Positions 14,201-26,200 of a DNA stretch of 48,458 nucleotides are shown here, in pieces. Made by a program: the position numbers and the translations under genes. The DNA comes from Lenisia limosa (lineage: Eukaryota > Protista > Breviatea), in the NCBI GenBank assembly GCA_001655205.1, contig LPNZ01009003.1:1-48458 (forward strand), written 5' to 3'. Numbering within the stretch: the stretch's first letter is position 1; every line of letters begins with the position of its first letter. The notes beneath the pieces are model-generated. The model worked only from the letters and a program-made list of their open reading frames with translations. It had not been told where the DNA came from and did not search any database.

Positions 14201-17200
14201 ACGCTTCAGGCACACCAGTTGACCGATTACATTACGCTGTCAACGGCTCGGTTTTCGCCTATAACCCCGACGACAACTGCATGGCCGTCTTCGAGGGCTC
14301 TTCCTTGTAAGTTAATATGAGCTTTGTGGCATACTATTTGTCAGAGTGTGATATGGGGTCAATGGGCTCTTTGTTTCAAGCAAGCTGTATGTTGCATACT
14401 AAATATTCCAACAGTTGAACAGTCATATTAGGATCTGACCACTCAGAAATGACTGTGTGTGCAAAGCTGGCTATTTTTGGATGTAAGCAGGGGAGGTGGG
14501 GGTTCCACGTATTTTTAGCTCATTACCAATATGGAGTATACATATAATATGTATCACAATGTTAACAAGGTGCATATATACAATACAATTACTATAACCG
14601 TTTGGAATCCCTCCCTTAATATTACAGGATCAACAAGTGCACTCCATGCCCGGAAGGATCTTACAAGTCTCATCAGGCAAGCCTCAATTGCTTGAAGTAA
14701 GCTTATGAGCTTTGGTATTGACCCCAAAGATCTCTCATGTTCGCTCCTTATGCTGTCTTTGCATTAATGTGATATGGAGTGACGCGCTGAGAATCACAAG
14801 AGATTCAAGTTTCTGTCTTAAGACCCAACAAAGCTCTGATTATTTAGATGTCCTCCCGGCTTCGGCCACTCTAATACTGCTGCGACTTCCATCACCATGT
14901 GTGAACCCTGTCCACCTGGGACGTATTGGCGGTTGGGCAAGTGCAACAACTGCGAACAAGGCAAGAGCCTATATGTCAACGGAACTACAGACCCTCGAGC
15001 ATGTGTTTTTGACGGNNNNNNNNNNNNNNNNNNNNNNNNNNNNNNNNNNNNNNNNNNNNNNNNNNNNNNNNNNNNATCTCATTTCAATCACGAATCAACA
15101 TGTCTATCAGGGGCACATCCTAGGTATTACCAAATTATTTGTGATCATTTCTTCGGTACTTTTTCTTGCTTTTGAGACATTTTCTTTTCACTCTTCAGGA
15201 CTGGAGCCATTGGGAAGCCTGACATGTGTAAGCAGCTGAGGAGGGCATTTAGGGTGTGTGAGCTGAGGGCATTTAGAGTGTAAACAGCTGAGGGCATTTA
15301 GATTAGATTGAAATTCGAACTTATTGAGTATTCACCTTTTCCAGCCAGCATTTCAGTACTTATACAAGGGCTTTTGTAGATCATGTGAACCAGGTGGGTG
15401 CTTATCACTTGAACTGGTTTTAATATCCGTTGTCAAATTTTCATCTCCATAATGTATACCACTTGTAATTATGTATACGTACAATAAACACAAAATTTGA
15501 TATTGAGATACCATGTATTTGTCTTACACAACCCCACATGTAATTCTGTACCCCTCTCAAGAACTTACACAACCCCAAATATGTTTCATATAGTAATTAC
15601 AGAAATCCTGACATTACAAGGAGAACTCTATACCGATCTTGTTGGTAGCTATTGTGTCCACCCGCCTATTGACCACACCGTCAATGAATTAAACGAGATC
15701 ATCCCATGCCCTCCTGAAGGTTTGTCTAACTTCCAAAATATGCTCCATCGATGTCGTTTTTTCTTTAGGTTCAAATGATCGTGGTTGCTCACGATTTTGG
15801 TATCTTCATGTAACTCTTTAGCCCCGTTTTCGACCGCAGGCACCTGCAAACCGTGTCCAGTTGATCGTGCAATTGACACTTATTATGGCTGTGTGGCCAT
15901 GTCTCGGCTTGGAGTATGCGGGATACGAAAGATCACTTTTACTATCCACTATATAGTTATATCCTTATATGATAGGGGATTTGATGAACTGAATCCATAG
16001 ACTGTGTGACAATTCAGGAACACTTCAGTAGTCCTCAGGGACGTGTGGCAGACTTTAGGTGCAGTGAAAGCACCCATCTAATCCGTGAGTTGATGGATGC
16101 TGCTATGCTTTACAAATATTTTTGATCGATTCATGATATCATATAATAATCTCTGTATAATAGCATACTGATCCTATCCCTCCAGATCAAGGGTTCGCTG
16201 CGGACATGATGTGCGAATCATGTCCTCCTGGCGCCTACCCCAATTCTCTCACCAACGAATGTCTTCCTTGCCCTGAAGATAGCTTCTGCCAAACAGGCAA
16301 AGAAGTCACACCTTGTCCCCCAATGGTTGATACCAGTACTGCCGTAAGACCTTTTGTCAACATGGTATGCACCAAGAACTATATTTTAGCAATTTGTCAC
16401 CGCATTGAGTTGAAAATGAATGGAGTTGGTTTCAGATATAATTTCAAAGATTCCAGTGTAATAATCCCTAATCCCAAAGGCTGCCTGCTCACATACGTCA
16501 GTTCCCCTGCGTAATGGGCTGTTCGGCTGTCAGCCAGGTTACCTCGTTAGCGGCCAAGAATGCGTGGTCGCTCCGAATGGAAGTACGTTGGTTCAATCTA
16601 CAGATTTCAATGGATAGGGTTCTTTTTTGTATACCATTAGAGCTCATGCAACTAAACAGATTACTTGTGTCTATATGAAATTGCAAATGAAAGCATAATG
16701 CATTTAAGCGGTGTCTGACGGCTTCGTCACTGCGCCATGCGATGGAGGTCGGCTGGTTTTCCACCAGGGTGGACTTGATGACTGTTTGTGCCCCCTCAGC
16801 CATGAGTGGACCGGGTCAATTTGCGACAAAATTGAGGCTTATACCAAACGTAAGCCAAAATGGACATGAATATCAACGGTTTATAGAGCTCATTCAGGCT
16901 GTTACCGAAGCATTGCGAGGAGTATTATTTTCTGATTCCACGGAATAGATGTACTGAACTCTTGTCCTCTCAAAACCCCCCATTAACAATTGAATACATA
17001 CCGTATTGTACACCTCAACTGCCGACCCTTCCAGTCACATGTGACCTCTCTCCAGCATACTTCCCGAATCGAGGGGTGCGTATGAACTGTCCTGTTGGGT
17101 ACACGTACTCGGGGGCAGGCGACTGTAGCGGCCTCAATAAAGGAACTGGACATGGAGGCTTCTTAAAGTATGTAGTATTGCTACCACATGCATAACTTTT

Positions 17201-20200
17201 TTTAATGATTGTTCTTTGTTGTGGGTGTCATTTTCTCCTTGTACGTAATAAGAAGGAATTGTGACATTGAAACCCAAGGTTGTTTGTTCAATATTTGTTG
17301 TTCCATAACTTGAACACAGTGATGTCAACCACACTTTTGCAGCTAAATACTGTTTTGATTTTACCATTTTAGCTGCCGTTCAAAAAATCAGTATCTCTCC
17401 CTCGACAACACCCATTGTGTGACAATAAAGAACAGTCGAACCCCCGCTGTCGAGTGAGAAAGGGGCATGCTCCTCCCGCCACCAAGTGCTTTGATGTATG
17501 ATCAGTTGATTTTTCAGACAAAGCGTGGCAGATATCAATGTTTGTCCCGCTGCCCACTACTTCAACGAAACGGCAATGGAGTGCATTCTCTGCCCACCCG
17601 GTGAGACTCATTCGAAGAATCATCGTGTTTGTTTTGGTACAGACAATATCAGACAGTTTGTGTGGTTTCTTTTGTGACTGAACCATTGGAAGCTAACCCT
17701 CCTCTACCCCTCCTAACAACTCCAGGTACAACCATCAATGACATTACGAGAACGCATCTCAACTGCGAAATATGCCGCAGTCTTCTAGAGCCAAACTGCA
17801 ACTGCTCGTCCACTGACCAGTTCTGCTACTTCAACGGTTTCAGAGAACTCACAAACATGGAGCATCGAAATGTACGCAGCTGATACTTCAGAGAATCGTT
17901 AACACTTCTTATTTTGAGATATAATCAACTGCCCTTCATTTTGGAAGAGATATCTTAAATATACATCAACATAATCTTGTTTTTATTGAACAAGGTAACT
18001 TTGTTCTCTTTTGAATGAACAGACAGAAACCCTAACACCACCAGGTTAACGATATCACCATAACTGGCTGCTGGAAGGACAAGCACCTGATGGAATTCCA
18101 TGAATACTCGGGGTGTGGCTGTCCGTCGATCTTTGAATCTGATGAGAATGGCACATGTTATGTGAGCTGAACTAATACACTGCATATCACGTGGTATCAT
18201 ATGTTATCCTATATAATAGGTAGTTGTACCTGGCGCAGTAGCATCATAAGGTTATGTAGTATGCGTACATATCTACAATATTGCATCATATTGTATTATC
18301 ATATAATATAGTGCTATGACATGTTGATTAGTGACACTTAAAGGAACATGAGGTAACGGATTAGATATGTGCCGCTGACCAGAAGACAACTGACTCATAT
18401 CCATACTGTGAAGCCTGTCCTCAATCCACTGCGTCCCATCAGATTTCAGATGACTGTTTTGGTTGGTTACACTTCGGTTCGGGTGATCTATCACATCCAA
18501 CAAATATCGTGTTATATAATGACGCCATTATTTCAACTCATTTGTTAGTTGAAGGAAACACAATGCCGTTTGGTGTAGCGATTTCTAAAGATCGAACCAG
18601 TTCCAGCTTTCCAGTTATAAACATTAGTAGATCAGCAGCCAACCTCATCTTTTAGCATGCTCACTGAACTGCAAAACGTGCAGCAAGTATCCACACCTAT
18701 GCACTTCCTGTCTTGGTACTGGCGAGTCGCTTGTCCTGCACGAGGGTGTTGGTGGCTGGAGATAAACTGATTCTATCCATTGTTATGCTTTAATTTTCCT
18801 TTTCCCATTTCTTTTTTGTTGCTGAAACGACGTCCTACTGCAGTGAGTTATTTAGTCCTACTGCAGTGAGTTATTTAGTCCTACTGCAGTGAGTTATTTA
18901 GTGGCTGAAATGAACCCAAACGTGTAATTTACACCTTCAGACGTGTAAGCGTGACTGCCCCGCCTTCACGTTTGAGGATACAAAAAACAAAACCTGTCTA
19001 GGTTCGTTTTGTTTTGTAACCACGTGAATACCCCTGATCTTGTGAAAGTGGATGTAGCAATTTCTTAAATAATCATGAAGCCCTCTTACATGATTGTAGA
19101 TTGCCCTGAAGGATGCATTAATTGTACTAATGCGACGCACTGCGACCTTTGCGACCAAACTGTGGGGGAGTCAATGCCATCTCAGTGAAATTTTTACTTT
19201 GAAACAAGAAATTATTTATATATAACATTTACTACTATATATAGGGCAGCTTTAATAGTAGTTTTGTGAATTGGACATAATTGAAATCCAACAACGATAA
19301 ACCAGCAAATGGCCTTGGCTTGACAAATCATGACTCTCAAGACCCACGTCTTCTCGGTTGACGGTTCCGAATGTGTGGAGTTCCATAAGTGCCCATCGGG
19401 ATACTACGGCCCTCGTTCCTCATCATCTCTTTCGCCGCTCTATTGCTCCAGTATGCCCGACTACTGGATTTTATACTCTTTAATAGGTGACTATTGTCAG
19501 TGGATTTGAATTGGAAACTGTTATATTTCCTCCTATTAATGCTGTAGAGCAGCCATTGGTCGTCGGCTCAAGTGTCGTCGGAACCGTGGTTGCTGGACTG
19601 CCGTTCAAGGTCACTCTCCGACTCAATGACACGGCACCAGTAGATGGGAATCAAGGCCAGATCGAATGTTTTTTTTCAGGCAGACGTTTATTCTGTATAG
19701 CTATTCTACTGTGGACTTTCCGACAACCCTGGCCTGTTGTTTATCTGCATCTCAAATCCTTGCGAGTATGACAGGTGTATTATGCGTATCATATAATATG
19801 ATATCCTATGTATGAGAGATAATACCCGCAAGCAAAGCAGGGTATTCTATATCATATTTTGCCGTTTAACTTAACACTCTGACTTTTCAGCGTTGTGGTC
19901 ACGCCTTTGGATAGCGGTTTGATTGGATGGGATTTTGCAATACTTCAATGTTGCATATCGGATCAGTTTATTTTGTAATAAAAGTGTAGAAACAACGGGA
20001 TCCTGGAGTGTGTACTTCGCATGTACCAATGACCTACTGGCACCGCCTAAGATATCTGGTCCTTCAACAAAGGTATGCTGTTTATCCAGTGAATATTCGC
20101 ACCACACATAGCTGTTTGTTTGCCTGTTTGGAATATTATTGTGAGCATTACAGTGATACTAAATGATTTTGCATCCAAATTACCAGTATGGTAAGGTTTA

Positions 20201-23200
20201 TCTTTTATTTTCCTATTACACCTCAAAGAGATTCCATTATTACTTTTACTATGCTCCTATATTCTTAGGAATACTCCTCTCTGACAATCCACAGGTTTAC
20301 AGTGATTCACTCCACCTATACCCACACGTGGTCCCCTACAACACCGAAACGACCTTAGTAGACAAAGTCAGTCACACCGTCAATATTCCCGTCCAGTGGA
20401 TGATGTAAGCCTGTGTACTGAATCATGAAATATTCTGAGGAATATTTAAATACCTGACAATATTATGTACTTTTTTCAAAGTGACATTGTTCTTAACCTT
20501 ATCTCCCCCAGACAGGGAGCTGTTTTGAATACGACAGAACCTATGAAAGTGAATTTCACTGATCTCTTCAAAACTGAGTACCACGTGCTCTTTAAATATC
20601 CGTGAGTCCGGCATATTATATTTCACACATCTGTGAACCTTCGATCTTCGATGATTTTCAGGTCCGAAGTTAACAACATTACTTGAAGAGTTTTTTGAAA
20701 TGCGGGATAGTCTTGACCTATTTTCCTTGCGAAATCAGATTGTAAATCTGTCAAGACTTACCTCAGTCACTGTATTCTATTATTATAATATATCATTTGA
20801 TATGATATATAATAGTATATTTTTACTCATATTTTTGAGATCTATTTTATTTCTCTGAGTGATCCTTTAGAAACCAAAAAGATCCTGGAGGGACGGAAGG
20901 TAGTTGGATAGAGTCCCCCGAAACAATTCGACGATTGCCTGTCTTTACCACAAGTTCATCCGAAATGGTTCGTGTTAGCAACACCCTATAGACGTCCCTG
21001 AAGCTTGTGCTTCTGCCAATGACCGTTTTAGGAGTATTCGATTACGTTTACTAGTTCTGTGGTTTACCTTGAGTTTTCAACAGTTCCCCCCCTCGACGAC
21101 TTTCAAGGCGCTTGCTTCTTCTCTCTCACGGGTATGTATTAAATGCCTTCAATTATACATTCTACTTGTGATCATTATGAACGCGGTGTTTATCAATTAT
21201 TTCTTAGACAAGTTCGCAACCCTCGGGGTAGCTATGAGTCAGCCAGTCCAACCGATTATCCAGCACAGTGGTAATGGTGAGGCCTGCCACGTACTAGTTA
21301 TCGTCCAATCGGTGTCACCTTTTATTTTTGGTTTACTATAATCCTTGAATAATGATCTTGACTTCCCCCATAACCCAGTAGGAGGCGGAAGGTGTGCTCT
21401 ACCGCTGCTGTTGTCTTCTGCCGTGGAGCTAAAGGTGACCAACACTCGTGATATGCAGAAGTTACACAGTTTAAGCTGATCAAATTCTTACACACATCCG
21501 ATTGCTATAACCAGCAATAGGTTACCTTGAAGTTCTACAAAGCAAACGACAACCCATACGCGGTTCCCAATAACTTAAGGGACGAGCTCTTTGTTGACGA
21601 CACTCCGGTTCCCGTCGCCTTTGGTGGTGCACAGTTTTTGCCCCATCTGACGCTCTGTAAAGATACCCCGGTGAGGGTGATGTGTAATTATTGTTGGTGT
21701 AATGCGTCTTGAACTAAACATTTGACTGTATGTTCATTTGAATATATCTGCTGCTAAACAATCTTAGGTGTTTTCTGACATCTACCCTTCGTCATGCCCG
21801 GAAGGAGTGTGTGAAATTGTGGTCATTGGGGCTCACTTCGTAGACCTGTGGGGGGTGGTGATGTTTACTGCTATATGTATATGATATGTACATACATGTA
21901 TGTGTGTATAAGTTGGCGAAAACAGCGTAACCTCCCAGCATTCTGAAAGTCGAGATTTTCTCAGCCGGCATCGCTGTTCCTGATACCTCAATAAACGTGG
22001 CAATGCTCAGCCCCGAGGTATGCTATCTTTTCTTGCGTTGCCGGCAGCACCATCACAATTTTATCACCCCTCACCAATTAGGTTCTCAAAGTGGCCTTCA
22101 ATATGGCCGCTATGCCTGATGTCAGTATCTGCATTTCCACATGCTTCACTTCGTGCTTGTGGGACGACGGGATTTGATAACGCTGCTGAACAAGACACGA
22201 TGGGATATACTTGCATCAATGCATCCTTTTAAGTGTCATATTGATGCCTGGTTACTACTGGAGTCTAATCATTTTAACATTTAGTGACTTTTCGGTGACA
22301 AGCCAACCGGCGGGTTTAGAGGTGGCCGTTCCTATCGCATCGCAAGTTGCTATGACGGCTGATTACATCTCACCTCCACCTGAAGTGCAAATTGTGGGGC
22401 TTGTTGAGAATGTCACCTTGTTTTGCAAGCCATCTCTATTACACCTGGGTTATTGGTCATCTTTTAATCGCAACTGAGCTCTGCCCTTTCTGTGATACTC
22501 TTTACGGATCAGATTGATAGCGAAGGGTCGCACATCACGACGTTTGATTCAATGGTGACAATGAAAGTCTCACCCACACCGGTCCTCCTAAAAGGCGACA
22601 AAATCCCTACAGTGGTAAGAGGCACGTAACGTTTGCATTATTCGTCATCAAAAATTGACTGAGGGGCATAATGTGATGTCCCAGAGAAACCCTTTCACAC
22701 CCATCTAGTCCAGGACCAATTTGATAACCCCCAGAATGGCCGTGCAGTCTTCAACAACCTTCAGTTTGCTCCTGACGCAGGGATAACACACCAGGTTGGC
22801 CGGGTCTCTCTTGTTTTATATCTGTTGTTCACTCTCTTTTGCTTCTTGAGACGCTTCTGTCGTTTTCAAGAACTAACTGACCAAAAAGGTTTCGTTCACC
22901 TTCGAACACTCCCACAACGCTACAAAGAACCCCACTGATGTCATTGGGATGTATTGTCAAGACCTGATGCTCAACTCAGTCTTGGTGAGTACTCCTGTCC
23001 CTTGTTGGTCAATATTCTATCACACCATTACGTATCAGCAAATGTGCTCTCATGACTTCAACATAGTATTTGACAAGCTTAGGGAGAGTGGCCTATTGGA
23101 GGTGAAATTGCGTGTGTCTGTCCTCCAGGTATGACGTTGCCCCAGTGGCGTCATAGTTCAGACTACTTCACCACTTTTCTTCATGAACGGCTGACGTTCT

Positions 23201-26200
23201 AGGTTATGAATACAACTCCGGGCTCCACCAATGTGACCTTTGCTCTATCGGTTTGCGCTTATCTGACATGCATAGTCTGTGCTCCGGGTGAAAGGATTAT
23301 TGGAATCATAAAAAAAAAAGGAATATTTGAGAGATAACTAAACATAGTTAACCTATCACTTTGCTTCTGTGTTTGCAGCTGCCACGTCACTGCCACAGAT
23401 AAGTTCCAGTCCAAAACCGGTCGATACCAGTGCTCTCAATGTCCCCTCATGTCCACATCTCTGCACCCCCGTGAAGTCAATTTAAATGTTAGTCTGTCGA
23501 ATCTTGCTGCCTTCTATCGTATATTATATGACGGCTTTTTCTGACATTCTCTTCTCGGAATGTCGTACTCAGCTATTATCCCGTTGTAGCTGACGAAAGA
23601 GTTCGTAGTCGAAGAAGGCCTACTTAGCGAGGAAAATGCCGAGTTCTGGCCGGGGGTGGAGTCTGCAGCTCCGGAGCTTTCACGTGCATCATGCTTCTGC
23701 GGGGTGCTGATGGCAGCTAAACAGGACAACTTTGTGGGCAACCTGCATCCTTCAATACCGATGATTCTCCTCCTCATACCCCCTTCCTTACACACGCATT
23801 CTTGCTGACGGTTTAGACTTTCGGAGGGAATGCTGTCGGAAACGGGTGCGGCTGCCCTCCAGGCTGGACGTTTGACTATTCCAAAACAGAGGCTTCGTGT
23901 GTCCCGTGTCCCAAGTACGCTGCCAGGTGAATATTGTGTCCACTGGAGAGGTGGCGGCCTTTTGCTTATGAACTGAGCGCAATACTATGTGTATTCATAT
24001 TTTATGGCATCATATCATATGATACATATTGATGCTTGGATATCTTCTCCGAGGACATGTTTGAAGGCACATGTCCGTATGACGTATCACCCCCCCCCCC
24101 AAGGAACACGTATTCAGCGCAGTGGGATAGACCTTGCAGTGAATGTGGTCTCAAAATGCTGACCACCAGCGCCTGCTCCAAGTCTCCTGATGACTGCCAA
24201 TGCCTTCCTTTGTAGGCTCGACCAGAGCCGTTCATGCCACTTTACTATGACAGGTGCCAACATTTCCTCATTGTCTATAGAGAGGAGCGGATTGAATCAC
24301 AACTGGGTTCACTCTCTTGCGGATGCGCCATAGGAACCGGGCTGAAAAGTGGGTGGTGTGGCAGGGGCCATTTGTTGCAGTTAGGGCTCCACTTTGATTC
24401 GAAAAAGACCGGTAAAATACTGATAGTTTTTGAAGATTTATCGAGAAATGCCGTCTTTTCTCGAACCGAAGTGTAGCCCTAATTACAGTAAAGTCTCTGT
24501 TGAAACTAAGATCATAAAGATCCGGCATTTAAACTGTATACAAGGAAATGACAGATTCACGAACACACTTAGATAAAACATTTCTGAAACAGTATATCAT
24601 ATGGTATGGTATTTCCCCAAAGTTATTTCCGACTCCCTCGAGCAATCCTCATCCCGCAGCTCTAAACGACGACAAATGTGAGTTCTGTCCCATTGGAACG
24701 TACAAAACGACCATTGGCAACTCTGTCTGTCTGACCTGCCCCTCAATGGAAACCTCTCTGCAAACAGGATCGTCTTCCATCAAGCAGTGCGTCTGCAAAG
24801 AGTGGGATAGGGTTTTGGCTGTCTGTTTGCCATATAGCAGGAATGCAGCGTCTAGTGAGTTTTTCCTCCCATACCCCGGCATTTGACCCTTATACTTCAG
24901 GGGCACATACCGCACCGCTGACAACAAGTGTGAGGAGTGTCCCAATGGCGCTATCTGCATTTCTGCCCACACACCATCGTATGCCAGGGTTTAGACAATC
25001 GTTAGAACTCCTACCGACATCCATTTCACTCTGTTTCTCAGGAGTGCTTTCATCGTTGTCATAGAGAACCCTTTTCCCTCCAAACTGGTCCAATTTCTTT
25101 GACAACACAGGGGCGAGGCTGACCCCATTCCCCATGCTCAACAAGGCTACTTCCAATCCGGTGCAGACTCACTTGGTTGGGGTGGGGGTCATACGTCATA
25201 GCTCCCTTTTCATTAGATACTTGCTTTTGATAGATCAATCTCACTCTTTAGAGTTTGTGGAATGTCCATACCCTGACTCCTGTCTTGCTAACTCAACCTG
25301 TGCTGAAGGCTACACGGGCTACCTCTGCTCGGAATGCACTGAGGTTCGTTTACTCATTGAGAAGTATATCATGATGTTACAGAGACACAGGATGATATTA
25401 TTTGTTATTATGGTGTACATTTACTGAGAGGAGCTTCTGTTCATTTATTTAGGGCTACTTTGAAGTGGACGTGACGTGTAACAAGTGCACTTCCCAGAGC
25501 GACTACTTGCTCCCCCTCATCGGCCTGTTGTTTGCCATTTTCCTTGCGTTCCTGTTCTTTTCAAGGTCTGCAATAAAACCTAGAGCCAAGTGTTGCAAGG
25601 GACTGAAAGATAATATACTTCAGCACTATTACCACAAATATTGAGGGGGTTTTATCTGCTACTATGTATTAATCCGCTTAAGCTACCGTCCTGATCAATT
25701 CGACAAATTTGGAGTGATAAGGCTGTTTTTCAACTTCCTCCAAATCACCGCGCTCTATCCAGCTTTTAAGGTTAGCTAGGGGTTAGCTTGTCTTGCACAA
25801 CTTTGGTAGAATCAAGGAAATATTAGACTTTCTACAATCCATTATTTTATTTGTTACCAGTTAGGCCTAATCACAAAGGTGACAAACCCATCCGATGATT
25901 TATTCACATGTCTCATTTTGCGTAGGTTGAATGGCCCTCTAGGGTGAAAGACGCGTTTCTGGTACTGAGTATTTTCAATGCAAATAGTGAGGGGGTGACG
26001 TTTATATACAGCTGCCCTTTAGTGGTTATTTTAATATTCGATAAAGGTCTCAATTTTAAACAAGACATAATTAAACTGGTCGCATCACCATGTCTTACCC
26101 CACACACACACACACACAATAACCATTGTAGTCGAGTTGGCAGCACCCGAATGTGCTCTTGGTGCTCTCTTCACATACTATGAAAAGGTGACCATGGACC

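Noticed and set aside
15959-15966. ATATCCTT resembling a U12-type AT-AC donor
   Set aside because: It lies inside an intron already opened by a GT donor at ~15914, with no matching U12 branch site and AC acceptor seen.
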